Of a DNA stretch of 57,196 bases, positions 9,534 to 20,095 are shown one piece after another. The DNA is from Acetobacteraceae bacterium (GTDB lineage Bacteria > Pseudomonadota > Alphaproteobacteria > Acetobacterales > Acetobacteraceae). Location: assembly GCA_025055335.1 (NCBI GenBank), contig JANWXJ010000255.1:1-57196 (forward strand), written 5' to 3'. How positions within the stretch are numbered: position 1 is the stretch's first letter; the number at the start of each line of letters is the position of its first letter. The notes under the pieces were generated by a model that saw only the letters and a program-made list of their open reading frames with translations, did not search any database and was not told where the DNA came from. The translations under genes and the position numbers were made by a program.

Positions 9534-10265
9534 GACCATCGCGCGCCCGCGCTCGACATCGCGATTCCCGGTCTCGCCTTCGGCGGGCGGCAGGTGCTCG
9601 GCGAACTCCGGCTGCGCCTGCCGGCGGGGCATTGCACGGCGCTGCTCGGGCCTTCCGGCGTCGGGAAATCGACGCTGCTGCGGCTGGTCGCTGGGCTGCT
9701 GCCGCTGCCTGAGGGCGCCTGGATCGCCGCCGAGGACGGCGCGCCTCTGACCGGCCGCGTGGCCTGGATGGCGCAGCAGGATCTTCTGCTCCCATGGCTG
9801 CGGCTGCGGCAGAACGTGCTTCTCGGCGCGCGGCTGCGCGGCGAGCGCACGGACGTCGCGCGGGCCGACGCGCTGATCGCCTCGGTCGGGCTGTCGGGGC
9901 GGGAAACGGCGTGGCCGTCAGAACTGTCCGGCGGCATGCGGCAGCGCGCGGCACTCGCCCGCACGCTGATGGAGCAGAGGCCCGTCGTGCTGATGGACGA
10001 GCCGTTCTCGGCCGTGGACGCGCCGACGCGCCATCGCCTTCAGGACCTGGCTGCGCGTCTCTTGGCCGGCCGCACGGTGCTGCTCGTCACGCATGATCCG
10101 CTCGAGGCGATGCGGCTCGCGCACCATGTCGTGATGCTGCGCGGCGCGCCGGCGACGGCGGAGGAGATCAGGGTGCCGGCGGCCCCGCCGCCGCGCGACG
10201 CTTCCGATCCCGCGGTCATGGCGGCGGCGGCGGCGCTGCTCGAGAGCCTGGCGGCGGCGGCATGA
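9531..10265 (+). CDS. thiZ: ABC transporter ATP-binding protein, thiamine-pyrimidine (HMP/FAMP) uptake type
   Basis: Walker A GPSGVGKST, signature LSGGMRQR, Walker B VLMDEPFSAVD. Riboswitch-controlled. ATGA overlap with the next gene. Confidence 0.85.
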   Translation: MDHRAPALDIAIPGLAFGGRQVLGELRLRLPAGHCTALLGPSGVGKSTLLRLVAGLLPLPEGAWIAAEDGAPLTGRVAWMAQQDLLLPWLRLRQNVLLGARLRGERTDVARADALIASVGLSGRETAWPSELSGGMRQRAALARTLMEQRPVVLMDEPFSAVDAPTRHRLQDLAARLLAGRTVLLVTHDPLEAMRLAHHVVMLRGAPATAEEIRVPAAPPPRDASDPAVMAAAAALLESLAAAA

Positions 10266-11035
10266 GAAGCGGGGCGCTTTCCCGCGGCCTCGTGGTGGCG
10301 GCAGGGCTCGTGCTGCTGTGGCAGGCCTTCGTCTGGATCACCGCGGCGCCGCCCTTCCTTCTGCCCTCCCCCGGCCGTGTCGCGCTCGCGCTGTGGGACC
10401 GCGGAGACATCATCCTCGGCCATGCGGCGGTGACGCTGTCCGAGATCCTGGTCGGCCTCGGGCTCGGGGCGCTGGCGGGCGTGCTCGCCGCGCTCCTGCT
10501 CGCCGCCTTCGCCCAGGCGCGGCGCTGGCTGCTGCCGGTGCTGCTCGTGTCCCAGGCGGTCCCGGTCTTCGCCATCGCGCCGCTGCTGACGCTCTGGCTC
10601 GGCTTCGGAATGGCGAGCAAGGTTGCGATGGCGGCGATCATCATCTTCTTCCCCGTCGCCTCCGCGTTCCTGGATGGCCTCCGCCGCACCGACCCCGGCT
10701 GGCTCGAGCTTGCGCGCAGCATGGGCGCCTCCCGCGCCGCCATCCTGTTCCGCCTGCGCGTGCCGGCGGCGCTGCCAGCGCTGGCGTCCGGCCTGCGCGT
10801 GGCCACCGCCGTCGCGCCGATCGGCGCGGTGGTCGGCGAATGGGTCGGCGCCTCCGCGGGTCTCGGGTTCCTCATGCTGCACGCCAACGCCCGCAGCCAG
10901 GCGGATGTGATGTTCGCGGCGCTCGCCGTGCTCGCCGCCATCGCTCTCGCCCTGTGGTTCGCGATGGACGCGCTGCTGCGCGCCGCGATCCCCTGGAGCC
11001 GGGAGACCTTCCCCGACGAGGAGACACAGCCATGA
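10262..11035 (+). CDS. thiX: ABC transporter permease (NitT/TauT-type), thiamine-pyrimidine uptake
   Basis: 257-aa six-TM-type permease. ATGA overlaps at both ends (10262-10265 and 11032-11035). Confidence 0.82.
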   Translation: MRSGALSRGLVVAAGLVLLWQAFVWITAAPPFLLPSPGRVALALWDRGDIILGHAAVTLSEILVGLGLGALAGVLAALLLAAFAQARRWLLPVLLVSQAVPVFAIAPLLTLWLGFGMASKVAMAAIIIFFPVASAFLDGLRRTDPGWLELARSMGASRAAILFRLRVPAALPALASGLRVATAVAPIGAVVGEWVGASAGLGFLMLHANARSQADVMFAALAVLAAIALALWFAMDALLRAAIPWSRETFPDEETQP

Positions 11036-12009
11036 CGGAAATCACCCGCCGCGCCTTGCCCGCCCTCGCCTCCCTGCTGCTGCCGGGCGCCGCCGCGGCT
11101 CAGACCGCCGCTCCGGCGACGACGGGGCGGCTGACGCTGATGCTCGACTGGTTCGTCAACCCGGACCACGCGCCGATCATCGTGGCGGAGGAGGCGGGCA
11201 TCTTCCGCGCCGCGGGGCTTGAGGTGCGGATCGTCGCGCCCGCCGATCCGAACGAGCCGCCGCGCCTCGTCGCCGCCCGGCAGGCGGACATCGGCGTGTA
11301 CTACCAGAAGAACCTGCATCTCGCGGTGGACCAGGGGCTGCCGCTGCTGCGCGTCGGCACCCTCGTCGGCACGCCGCTCTCCACCGTGACGGTGCTGCGC
11401 GACGGCCCCATCCGCACGCCCGCCGACCTGCGCGGCCGCACCATCGGCTACTCGGTGGCGGGGTTCGAGGAGGTGATCCTGAACGCGATGCTCGCGCCGC
11501 ATGGCATGAGCGTGCGCGACGTCCGGCTGGTGGCGGTGAACTTCGCGCTGTCGTCGGCGCTGATGTCGGGGCAGGTGGATGCGATCATCGGCGGCTTCCG
11601 CAACTTCGAACTCCACCAGCTCGACATCGAGAACCGCCCGGGGCGCGCCTTCTACCCCGAGCAGCACGGGCTGCCGATCTACGACGAGCTGATCTACGTC
11701 GCCCACCGCGACCGCGCGCGCGACCCGCTGATCCGCCGCTTCCTCGATGCGATCGAGACCGCGACGGCCTTCCTCGTGAACAACCCCGACGAAGCGTGGC
11801 GCATGTTCATCGCAGGGCCGCGCCGCGAACTGGATAACGAGTTGAACCGCCGGGCCTGGGGCAGCACCATCACGCGCTTCGCCCATTCGCCGGCGGCGCT
11901 CGACCAGAACCGCTACGCGCGCTTCGCCCGCTTCCTCCACGAGCGGCGGATGATCCGGAGCATCCCGCCGCTCGAACGCTACGCGGTCGAGGTGCCCCCG
12001 GCGGCGTGA
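11032..12009 (+). CDS. thiY: NMT1/THI5-like periplasmic binding protein (ThiY-type)
   Basis: Second half of track ORF 10318..12009. MTEITRRALPALASLLLPGAAAAQ signal, then LTLMLDWFVNPDHAPIIVAEEAGIF, typical of the NMT1/THI5-like fold. Confidence 0.82.
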   Translation: MTEITRRALPALASLLLPGAAAAQTAAPATTGRLTLMLDWFVNPDHAPIIVAEEAGIFRAAGLEVRIVAPADPNEPPRLVAARQADIGVYYQKNLHLAVDQGLPLLRVGTLVGTPLSTVTVLRDGPIRTPADLRGRTIGYSVAGFEEVILNAMLAPHGMSVRDVRLVAVNFALSSALMSGQVDAIIGGFRNFELHQLDIENRPGRAFYPEQHGLPIYDELIYVAHRDRARDPLIRRFLDAIETATAFLVNNPDEAWRMFIAGPRRELDNELNRRAWGSTITRFAHSPAALDQNRYARFARFLHERRMIRSIPPLERYAVEVPPAA

Positions 12010-12015
12010 GGCGCC

Positions 12016-14226
12016 TCAGCCGCTGAACGGGCGCCCCTTCGGCAGCCCGTGCGGCGGCGCCTTCCCCGCGCCCGCGCGGTTGCCGCGCCAGGGGGTGATG
12101 TCGGTCTCGGTGCGGATGCGGGCACCCTGCTTCCAGGAAAGGCCGTCCGCCTTGCGGAACACCGTCACGTCGGCCATGCCGCCGTCCCGGTAGCCCTGCA
12201 GCGCGACGCCGCGGCCGCGCGCCATCTCCGGCACCTGCTCGAGCGGGAAGACCAGCAGCTTCCGGTTCTCCCCGAGGGCCGCCACCATGTCGCCCTCGGC
12301 CGGGATGCAGGCGATGGCGCGCGCTGGCGGCTCCACCAGCAGCACCTGCCTGCCGGTGCGCTTCTCGGCGAGCAGCGAGTCGGCGGCGGCAAGGAAGCCC
12401 CTGCCGTCGCTGGCGGCAAGCAGGAAGCGCTGGCCCTCGCGTGCGACGAACAGCGCGATCGGCTCGTCCTCGGGCGGGAGATCGATCAGCATCCGCAGCG
12501 GCTGCCCGTCGCCGCGGCCGCGCGGGATGGCATCGGCCTTGATCGTGTAGGCGCGGCCGTTGGAGGCGAAGAGCGTGAGACGATCGAGCGTGTCGCAGCG
12601 GAGAAGGAACTTCGGCCCGTCACCCTCCTTGAAGCGCAGTTCCGCATCGTCCGGAAGGTGCCCCTTCTGCGCGCGTATCCAGCCCTTCTCGGAGAGGATC
12701 ACGGTGATCGGCTCGCGCTCGACGAAGGCGCTTGCGTCGATCGCTACGGGGACCGGCGCGGCCTCGATGGCGGTGCGGCGGGCATCGCCGTGCCTCGCCG
12801 CGGCGGCCTCGATGTCCTCGGCGATCCGCGCCCAGCGCCGCCGCTCGTCCTTGAGCAGCGCCTCGAGCCCCTTGCGCTCGGCGGAAAGACGCTTGTGCTC
12901 GCGCCGGATCTCCATCTCCTCGAGCCTGCGCAAGGACCGCAGCCGCATCTCCAGGATCGCCTCCGCCTGCGCGGGTGTGAGGCCGAAGGCCGCGATCAGC
13001 GCCTCCTTCGGCTTGTCCTCCTCGCGGACGATGCGGATCACCTCGTCGAGGTTGAGATAGACGGTCAGGAAGCCGTCGAGGATCTCGAGCCGCTTGCCGA
13101 CCTGCGCGAGGCGATGGGTGGAGGTGCGCACCAGCACCTCGTGCCGGTGGTCGAGCCAGGCGCGCAGCACGTCCTTCAGGCCCATCACCCGCGGCGTGCG
13201 GTCGGGCTCGAGCACGTTCATGTTGAGCGGGAAGCGGATCTCGAGCGCGGTGGTGCGGAACAGGCTCTCCATCAGCACCGCGGGCTCGACGCTGCGGGAT
13301 TTCGGCTCGAGCAGGATGCGCACCTTCTCCGCGCTCTCGTCCCGCACATCGGCCAGCAGAGGCAGCTTCTTCTGCTCCAGCGCCTCGGCGATCTGCTCGA
13401 TCAGGCGCGACTTCTGCACCTGGTAGGGGATCTCGGTGACGACGATCCGATACCCCCCGCCCTTCTGCCGCTCCACCTCCCAGCGGGCGCGCAGGCGGAA
13501 GCCGCCGCGGCCGGTCTCGTAGGCGGCGGCGATCGCCTCGGGCGGCTCGACCAGCACGCCGCCCGTCGGGAAATCCGGCCCGGGCAGATGGGCCATCAGC
13601 TCGCGCGCCGTCGCCTCCGGATGGCGGATCAGGTGCAGCGCCGCGCGGCAGAGCTCGCCCACATTGTGCGGCGGGATCGAGGTGGCCATGCCGACGGCGA
13701 TGCCCGATGCGCCGTTCGCCAGCAGGTTCGGCACCGCGGCCGGAAGAACCACCGGCTCGCGGTCCTCGCCGTCGTAGGTGGGGCGGAAGTCCACGGCGTC
13801 CGCATCGAGCCCATCGAGCAGCGCGACGGCGAAGGGTGTGAGGCGCGCTTCCGTGTAGCGCATGGCCGCGGCGTTGTCGCCGTCGATGTTGCCGAAGTTC
13901 CCCTGCCCCTCCACCAGCGGATAGCGCGCGGCGAAATCCTGCGCGAGCCTGACCAGCGCCTCGTACACCGAGGCGTCGCCATGCGGATGGTATTTGCCGA
14001 TCACGTCGCCGACGACGCGGGCGCATTTCTTGAAGCCGCCCTCCGGGTCGAGCTTGAGCTGCCGCATCGCCCACAGCACGCGGCGGTGCACGGGCTTCAG
14101 CCCGTCGCGCACATCGGGCAGGGAACGGGCGGTGATGGTGGAGAGAGCGTAGGCGAGATAGCGCTGCGACAGCGCCTCCGTCAGGCGCGTGTCGCGGATC
14201 TCGCCGCCCTCGGTCTCGGTCGCCAT
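12016..14226 (-). CDS. parC: DNA topoisomerase IV subunit A
   Basis: LPDVRDGLKPVHRRVLWAM, GKYHPHGD, AAMRYTEARL active-site Tyr region. The 736-aa length fits ParC rather than GyrA. Confidence 0.85.
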   Translation of the reverse strand: MATETEGGEIRDTRLTEALSQRYLAYALSTITARSLPDVRDGLKPVHRRVLWAMRQLKLDPEGGFKKCARVVGDVIGKYHPHGDASVYEALVRLAQDFAARYPLVEGQGNFGNIDGDNAAAMRYTEARLTPFAVALLDGLDADAVDFRPTYDGEDREPVVLPAAVPNLLANGASGIAVGMATSIPPHNVGELCRAALHLIRHPEATARELMAHLPGPDFPTGGVLVEPPEAIAAAYETGRGGFRLRARWEVERQKGGGYRIVVTEIPYQVQKSRLIEQIAEALEQKKLPLLADVRDESAEKVRILLEPKSRSVEPAVLMESLFRTTALEIRFPLNMNVLEPDRTPRVMGLKDVLRAWLDHRHEVLVRTSTHRLAQVGKRLEILDGFLTVYLNLDEVIRIVREEDKPKEALIAAFGLTPAQAEAILEMRLRSLRRLEEMEIRREHKRLSAERKGLEALLKDERRRWARIAEDIEAAAARHGDARRTAIEAAPVPVAIDASAFVEREPITVILSEKGWIRAQKGHLPDDAELRFKEGDGPKFLLRCDTLDRLTLFASNGRAYTIKADAIPRGRGDGQPLRMLIDLPPEDEPIALFVAREGQRFLLAASDGRGFLAAADSLLAEKRTGRQVLLVEPPARAIACIPAEGDMVAALGENRKLLVFPLEQVPEMARGRGVALQGYRDGGMADVTVFRKADGLSWKQGARIRTETDITPWRGNRAGAGKAPPHGLPKGRPFSG

Positions 14227-14286
14227 GCTGCGATTCGCGGTCCTGCTGCGTTCCGGCGAGGCGCTAGCAGAGCCGCCCCCCGACCG

Positions 14287-15033
14287 TCATCCCCCGCCTT
14301 CGACGATGGCGGCAAGCCTGTCCTGCAGCCGCTGCCGCGCATCCGGCAGGGCGCGATGCGTGGCGGCGAACAGGCGCTTCTCGAGGAAATGGCCGGTCAG
14401 CCGCAGCCCAGCGAGCCAGTCCTGCGGCTCCCCCGGATCGCCCTCCTGCAGCAGGAAGGGCGGCAGCACGAGCAGACGGTCGAGGTAGTGCACCGCCGCG
14501 CGCATGGAGACGGCGCGGCCCGATCTCGGCGAGACATGGGTGAGATCCCGCGTCTCCCCCGTCGCCGCGCAGGCCGAGAGGTCGAGGCCGTAGCCGAGCT
14601 CGGCCAGCAGCAGCGCCTCCCAGCGCACGAGGTCGGCGAACACCTCCTCCGGCCCCTGCACGAGCCGCGCCAGGATGGAGACGAGGCCACAGAACACCGC
14701 CGGATGCGCCTCCCGCTCCGGCAGGGCGGCCTCGGCCAGCGCGGTGGCGGAAGAGAGCAGCGCGAGCGCCAGCGGATCCTCCATCGCGAGCGCCGCCGTC
14801 GCGTGCACGAGTTCCCCGGCCAGCGCGCCGAGCTGCTCGGGCAGCCGCGCGAGCCAGCGCGCCTCCACGAGGTTGCCCGCCTGCCAAAGCGCCGCCTGCG
14901 CCCGGGATGCGCCGCCCTTCGCCAGGCCGGCATGGCGGCCATAGGCTTCCGTCAACAGCGTGACGAGGGCGGCGCCCTCGCCATAGGGACGGGCGGACAG
15001 CACGACGGCCGGCGCCTGCCACTCGACCGGCAC
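14287..15033 (-). CDS. recO: DNA repair protein RecO
   Basis: 248 aa. N-terminal OB-fold pattern (WQAPAVVLSARPYGEGAALVTLLT). Position immediately after era is conserved. GTG start. Confidence 0.85.
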   Translation of the reverse strand: MPVEWQAPAVVLSARPYGEGAALVTLLTEAYGRHAGLAKGGASRAQAALWQAGNLVEARWLARLPEQLGALAGELVHATAALAMEDPLALALLSSATALAEAALPEREAHPAVFCGLVSILARLVQGPEEVFADLVRWEALLLAELGYGLDLSACAATGETRDLTHVSPRSGRAVSMRAAVHYLDRLLVLPPFLLQEGDPGEPQDWLAGLRLTGHFLEKRLFAATHRALPDARQRLQDRLAAIVEGGG

Positions 15034-15040
15034 GGCGGGG

Positions 15041-15934
15041 CTACTCCGGATCCTCGAGTCCGAGGGCGCGGATGCGCCCGCGTTCCTCGTCCCAGCCCGG
15101 GCGGTCCTTGACGTTGAGGAAGAGGTGCACGGGCCGCCCGAGCAGCGCCGTGAGTTCGGCCCGGGCGCGGCGGCCGATCTCCTTGATCTTCGCCCCCTTC
15201 TCGCCGATCAGGATCGCCTTCTGGCCGGGGCGGGAGACGTAGACCGTGCAGTCCACCCGCACGCTGCCGTCCTCGCGCTCCTGCCAGGATTCCGTCTCGA
15301 CGCTCGCATGGTGCGGCACCTCCTCGTGCGTCAGGCGCAGGATCTGCTCGCGCACGATCTCGGCGGCGAGCATGCGGTCCGGCAGGTCGGACAGCTCGTC
15401 CTCCGGGAACAGGTACGGGCCTTCCGGCATCGCCTCGGCCAGCCGGTCGAGCAGGCGGTCCACGCCGTCGCCCGTCTCGGCGCTGACCATGAAGGTCTCG
15501 CGGAAGGGGGCGAGCGCCGTGATCTCGGCCGCGAGAGGCAGCAGCCGCTCGCGCGGGATGAGGTCGATCTTGTTCAGCACGAGCCACAGCGGCACCCGCC
15601 CCGAGGCGAGCCGCGCGAGGATCTCCCGCACCGGTTCCGTCAGGCCGGCCCGGGAGTCGACGACGAGGCAGTCGAGATCCGCATCCTGCGCCCCGCCCCA
15701 GGCGGCGGCGACCATGGCGCGATCCAGCCGCCGGCGCGGGCGGAAGATGCCGGGCGTGTCGGTCAGGATGATCTGCGCCTCGCCCCGCATCACCACCGCG
15801 CGGATGCGGAAGCGTGTCGTCTGCGGCTTGGGCGAGACGATCGTCACCTTGGCGCCGGCGAGGCGGTTCACCAGCGTGGATTTGCCGGCGTTGGGCGCGC
15901 CGAGCACGGCGACGGTGCCGCAGCGGGTCGTCAT
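15041..15934 (-). CDS. era: GTPase Era
   Basis: Last 297 aa of track ORF 15041..16438. GAPNAGKSTL (G1), DTPG (G3), NKID (G4), C-terminal KH domain. The ATG at 15934 overlaps the rnc stop. Confidence 0.93.
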   Translation of the reverse strand: MTTRCGTVAVLGAPNAGKSTLVNRLAGAKVTIVSPKPQTTRFRIRAVVMRGEAQIILTDTPGIFRPRRRLDRAMVAAAWGGAQDADLDCLVVDSRAGLTEPVREILARLASGRVPLWLVLNKIDLIPRERLLPLAAEITALAPFRETFMVSAETGDGVDRLLDRLAEAMPEGPYLFPEDELSDLPDRMLAAEIVREQILRLTHEEVPHHASVETESWQEREDGSVRVDCTVYVSRPGQKAILIGEKGAKIKEIGRRARAELTALLGRPVHLFLNVKDRPGWDEERGRIRALGLEDPE

Positions 15935-16602
15935 GCCGCGTCCTCCGCCTCGAGCCAGGCCTGCGCCGCCGCCTGCTGCGCCGCCTGCTTGCTCTCGCCG
16001 CTTCCCTGCGCGCTGCGTCCGGCGGCCACGACCTCGACGGTGAAGAGCGGCCGGTGGTCCGGCCCCTCGGCCGACAGCAGCCGGTATTCCGGCAGCGGCA
16101 GCCCGCGCCCGAGCAGGTATTCCTGGAGGCGGGACTTGGCGTTGACGGGCGGCGTCGGGTCGGCCGCGATGCGGGCGGCCCATTCCGCGCGGACGAAGCG
16201 GCGCGCAGCCTCCAGCCCGCCATCGAGGTAGAGCGCGCCGATCACCGCCTCGGTGGCGTCGGCCAGCACGTTCTGCCCGGCGCGCAGCCCGGCCTTGCCG
16301 CCTGCCTTCTCGACCCGCAGCGCCTCGCCGAGGCCGAGCGCGGCGCCGATCTCGGCCAGAACCGGAGCGGAGACCAGCACCGACAGCCGCCGCCCGAGCG
16401 CCCCTTCCCGCTCCTTCGGGAAGCGCTCGACAAGCCACTCCGCGATCAGGAGGCCGAGCACGCGGTCGCCGAGGAACTCCAGCCGCTCGTTGGAGGCGAG
16501 GCCGCCGCGCCCGGCCGCCGAGCGGTGCGTCAGCGCGCGGTCGAGCAGCGCCGGGTCGCGGAAGCTGTGGCCGATGCGGGCGGCGATCGCCGCGTCCGTC
16601 AT
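15931..16602 (-). CDS. rnc: Ribonuclease III
   Basis: NERLEFLGDRVLG signature and C-terminal dsRBD (KSRLQEYL...). ATG 16602 forms an ATGA overlap with the lepB stop. Confidence 0.93.
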   Translation of the reverse strand: MTDAAIAARIGHSFRDPALLDRALTHRSAAGRGGLASNERLEFLGDRVLGLLIAEWLVERFPKEREGALGRRLSVLVSAPVLAEIGAALGLGEALRVEKAGGKAGLRAGQNVLADATEAVIGALYLDGGLEAARRFVRAEWAARIAADPTPPVNAKSRLQEYLLGRGLPLPEYRLLSAEGPDHRPLFTVEVVAAGRSAQGSGESKQAAQQAAAQAWLEAEDAA

Positions 16603-17336
16603 CTCACCCCCATCAGCAGGCGGTTCCAGCGGATCGCGAAGGGCCAGGTCCAGGGCTGCCACCACACCGCCGTCTCGTCCACCGAGAAGAAGATGATCTC
16701 GGCCCGCCCGAGCAGGTTCTCGAGCGGGACGAAGCCGACAGCGCCCATCGCCCGCGAATCCAGGCTGTTGTCCCGGTTGTCGCCCATCACGAACACGTGG
16801 CCCGGGGGCACCAGGAACTCGGGGGTGTTGTCGAAGGCGCCGTCGTCCTGCATCTCCAGGATCTCGTGGCTGCGGCCGCCGGGCAGGATCTCGCGGTAGC
16901 GGCGCACCGTGATCCGCGGCCCGTCCCCCTCCACGGTGAAGGGGCCGAGGCTCTCGCGCCGCACCGGCTGGCCGTTGATGTGCAGGATGCCGCCGCGCAC
17001 CTGCACCCGATCACCGGGCAGGCCGATGATCCGCTTGATGTAGTCTGTCGCGTTGTCGCGCGGCAGCTTGAACACCGCGACATCCCCGCGTTCCGGCAGG
17101 CGGCCGAGGATGCGGCCTTCGAACAGGTTGGGGCTGAAGGGCAGAGAGTGGCGCGAATAGCCGTAGGAATACTTCGAGACGAACAGGTAGTCGCCGACCA
17201 GCAGCGTCGGGATCATGGAGCCCGAGGGGATGTTGAACGGCTCGAACGCCACCGTGCGTATGCCGACGGCGATCAGCGCCGCGTAGAGGATGGTCTTGAG
17301 GCTCTCGCCCCAGCCGCCGGACTGCTTGCGTGGCAT
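16599..17336 (-). CDS. lepB: Signal peptidase I
   Basis: IPSGSMIPTLLVGDYLFVSKYSYG (catalytic Ser box), KRIIGLPGD, GDNRDNSLDSR boxes. Confidence 0.93.
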   Translation of the reverse strand: MPRKQSGGWGESLKTILYAALIAVGIRTVAFEPFNIPSGSMIPTLLVGDYLFVSKYSYGYSRHSLPFSPNLFEGRILGRLPERGDVAVFKLPRDNATDYIKRIIGLPGDRVQVRGGILHINGQPVRRESLGPFTVEGDGPRITVRRYREILPGGRSHEILEMQDDGAFDNTPEFLVPPGHVFVMGDNRDNSLDSRAMGAVGFVPLENLLGRAEIIFFSVDETAVWWQPWTWPFAIRWNRLLMGVR

Positions 17337-17422
17337 GGTGGTGTTCGCGCCCCCGGTCTCACCCTGGCCGCGGGACGCGGCGGTTCAGGACGCGGCGGAT
17401 AGAGCGCGGCCCCCCCGCCCTG

Positions 17423-17830
17423 TCAAGGAAGCCGCACGGCGGTGATCATCACCACCGCCTGGGCGTAGGGCGGCTCGTCGGTCATGGTCAGCGCGATCTC
17501 GGCCGCATGGCCGGCAGGCGTGATGGCCGCAAGCCGCGCCGCCGCCCCGCCCGTGAGCCGGAGCGTCGGCCGGCCGGAGGAGAGGTTCACCACGCCGAGA
17601 TCCCGCCAGAACACCCCCTCGCTGAAGCCGGTGCCGAGCGCCTTGGCCGCCGCCTCCTTGGCCGCGAAGCGCCGGGCATAGGTGGCGATCCGCGCCCGCC
17701 CGCCGCGGCGTTCGGCCTTGGCGCGTTCCTCGCGCGTGAAGATGCGGTCGAGGAAGCGGTCGCCGTGGCGGGCGATGACGGCCTCGATGCGGCGGATGTC
17801 CACGATGTCGGAGCCGAGGCCGATGATCAT
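17423..17830 (-). CDS. acpS: Holo-[acyl-carrier-protein] synthase
   Basis: Last 135 aa of track ORF 17423..18631. [16 protein letters not shown]...[19 protein letters not shown] overlap with the spoT stop. Confidence 0.9.
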   Translation of the reverse strand: MIIGLGSDIVDIRRIEAVIARHGDRFLDRIFTREERAKAERRGGRARIATYARRFAAKEAAAKALGTGFSEGVFWRDLGVVNLSSGRPTLRLTGGAAARLAAITPAGHAAEIALTMTDEPPYAQAVVMITAVRLP

Positions 17831-20088
17831 GCCCGGGCGCGCTCCACCTGCTCGATCCCCGGGCAGGCCCGCAAGGAGGCCATGATGCCGGCGAGGTGCC
17901 GGGTGTCCCGCACCTCCACATCCACCAGCAGCTCCGCCGAATCGCTGTGGCGCCCGACGAAGCGCACCGCCTGCAGGCGGCCTTCCTGCTTGGCGATGGC
18001 GAGCGTCAGCGCGGCGAGCGCGGTATCCTCGGCGTTGGTCACCACCGACAGCCGGCCGAGATGCGGCGTGCCCGCCGCCTCGGGATCCCACTCGATGTCG
18101 AGGAAGCGCTCGGGCGTGGAGGCGAAGGCCTCGAGGTTGTGGCAGTCCGCCTTGTGGACCGTTACACCGCGCCCGGTGGTGACGATGCCGACGATCCGGT
18201 CCCCCGGCACGGGGTGGCAGCAGCCGGCGAAATGCACGACCATCCCGGAGATGAGGCCGGCGATCCCGTGGCTCGCCTCCCGCCGGGCGGAGGACACAGG
18301 CACCGTCGCGCCAGGCTTGCCGCGCGCGCGCGTCAGCGCCGTGGCGTCGAGCGGACGGGCGGGGCCGCGCAGTTCGGGGAAGGCGGCCAGCACCACCTCC
18401 TTCGGCCCGATCTGCCCCTGGCCGACGGCGGCGTAGAGATCCTCGAGGCTCGCCTGCTTCAGCGGCTTCAGCGCGGGTTCCAGGAGCTTCTCGGCAAAGT
18501 CTATCCCCTCGGCGCGGAACGCCTTGACGATCGCGCTGCGGCCCTCGAGGCGCGCCTGCTCGCGCTGGCGGGCCAGCACGAAGCGGCGGATGCGCGCCCG
18601 CGCCTTGCCGGTGACGACGAAGCGCTCCCATGCCGGATTGGGCGTGCCGCCGCGGGCGGTGATGATCTCGACCTGGTCGCCGTTCTCGAGCTGGTGGCGC
18701 AGCGGCACGATCCGGCCGTTGATCTTGGCGCCCACGCAGGAATCGCCCACCTCGGAGTGCACCTCGTAGGCGAAGTCCACCGGGGTCGCGCCGCGCGGCA
18801 GCGCGATCAGGTCTCCCTTCGGGGTGAAGCAGAACACCTGGTCGCGATGCAGCTCGAGCTTGGTGTGCTCGAGGAACTCCTGCGGCTCGCTCGCGTGGTC
18901 GAGGATCTCGAGCAGCGCCTTCACCCAGGGGTAGCGGGTGCGGTCGCGCGCCGCCGCCTCGCCCTGCTTGTAGATCCAGTGCGCCGCGACGCCGAGCTCG
19001 GCCACCTCGTGCATCTCGGGGGTGCGGATCTGCACCTCGATCTTGGCGTTGCGCTTCTCCGGCACCGTCACGCCGGTGTGCAGGCTCTGGTAGCCGTTCG
19101 GCTTCGGGGTCGAGATGTAGTCTTTGAAGCGGCCGGGAACCACGCGGTAGGCCGAGTGCACGGCGCCGAGCGCGGCGTAGCAGGCGGCCTTGTCCGGCAC
19201 GATCACGCGGAAGGCCATGATGTCCGAGAGCTGCTCGAACTCGACCTTCTTCTCGTGCATCTTGAGCCAGATGGAGTAGGGCGACTTCTCGCGCCCCGTC
19301 ACCTCGATCGCCTGCACCCCGGCCTCGGTGACGACGCGGCGGATGTCCTCGCGGATCTCCTCGATCAGGTCCGCCCCCTGGCCGCGCAGGAAGGCAAGGC
19401 GGGCGGTGATCGTCTGGTACGCGTCGGGCTGCAGCTCGCGGAAGGCAAGCGTCTCGAGCTCGGTCTTCAGCGCCTCCATGCCGATGCGCTCGGCCAGCGG
19501 GGCGAAGATCTCGATCGTCTCGCGCGCCGTCTTCTTCCTCCGCTCCGGCTGCGGCACGTGGTGCAGCGTGCGCATGTTGTGCAGCCGGTCGGCGAGCTTG
19601 ACGAGCAGGACGCGGATGTCCTCGCTCATCGCCAGCACGAGCTTGCGGAAGTTCTCCGCCTGCTTGGTGCGTTCCGACTGCAGCTCGAGGCGCGTCAGCT
19701 TCGTCACGCCGTCCACGAGCTTCGCCACGTCGGGTCCGAACTCGGCCTCGAGCTCCTTCAGCCCGAGCCCGGTGTCCTCCACCGTGTCGTGCAGCAGGGC
19801 GGTGGCGATGGTGGCCGCATCGAGCCGGTAGCCGGCGAGGATCTTCGCGACCGCGACGGGGTGCGTGAAATAGGGCTCGCCGTTCTCCCGCGTCTGGCCT
19901 TCGTGGGCGCGCTGCGCGGCGGCGTAGGCGCGCAGGATCAGGCTGCGGTCGGCGCGCGGGTCGTAGGAGGTGACGTCGGCGGCGAGGGCTTCCGCCTCGG
20001 TCGGCCCTGCGGCCGGCCGCGCCGCGCCCCGCCCCCCCTCCGGGGCGCGGCTCGCCGCCCGGAAGAGGCGGGGCGCGCCCTCGGCCAT
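17827..20088 (-). CDS. spoT: Bifunctional (p)ppGpp synthetase/hydrolase (RelA/SpoT homologue)
   Basis: HD domain (HDTVEDT), synthetase domain, TGS and ACT regions, 753 aa. The exact start is uncertain because the N-terminal ~30 aa are low complexity. Confidence 0.92.
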   Translation of the reverse strand: MAEGAPRLFRAASRAPEGGRGAARPAAGPTEAEALAADVTSYDPRADRSLILRAYAAAQRAHEGQTRENGEPYFTHPVAVAKILAGYRLDAATIATALLHDTVEDTGLGLKELEAEFGPDVAKLVDGVTKLTRLELQSERTKQAENFRKLVLAMSEDIRVLLVKLADRLHNMRTLHHVPQPERRKKTARETIEIFAPLAERIGMEALKTELETLAFRELQPDAYQTITARLAFLRGQGADLIEEIREDIRRVVTEAGVQAIEVTGREKSPYSIWLKMHEKKVEFEQLSDIMAFRVIVPDKAACYAALGAVHSAYRVVPGRFKDYISTPKPNGYQSLHTGVTVPEKRNAKIEVQIRTPEMHEVAELGVAAHWIYKQGEAAARDRTRYPWVKALLEILDHASEPQEFLEHTKLELHRDQVFCFTPKGDLIALPRGATPVDFAYEVHSEVGDSCVGAKINGRIVPLRHQLENGDQVEIITARGGTPNPAWERFVVTGKARARIRRFVLARQREQARLEGRSAIVKAFRAEGIDFAEKLLEPALKPLKQASLEDLYAAVGQGQIGPKEVVLAAFPELRGPARPLDATALTRARGKPGATVPVSSARREASHGIAGLISGMVVHFAGCCHPVPGDRIVGIVTTGRGVTVHKADCHNLEAFASTPERFLDIEWDPEAAGTPHLGRLSVVTNAEDTALAALTLAIAKQEGRLQAVRFVGRHSDSAELLVDVEVRDTRHLAGIMASLRACPGIEQVERARA

Positions 20089-20095
20089 GGCTGCC

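Noticed and set aside
12007-12018. Perfect 12-nt palindrome TGAGGCGCCTCA formed by the convergent thiY and parC stop codons
   Set aside because: It is too short, with no loop, to form a meaningful hairpin. It is most simply a coincidence of two TGA stops 6 nt apart. There is no room for a terminator.
12049-15111. 1020-aa plus-strand ORF spanning the parC/recO region
   Set aside because: It is antisense to textbook ParC and RecO frames. Its translation is dominated by Arg/Gly/Ala/Pro/His, with almost no Lys, Ile, Phe, Tyr or Asn and no motifs. Stop-free antisense frames are expected in such GC-rich DNA.
17373-17398. Direct repeat GGACGCGGCGG x2, 15 nt apart, upstream of lepB
   Set aside because: It is a GC-only 11-mer in very GC-rich DNA. 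There are only two copies and no dyad symmetry, so chance is plausible. I could not compute a background.
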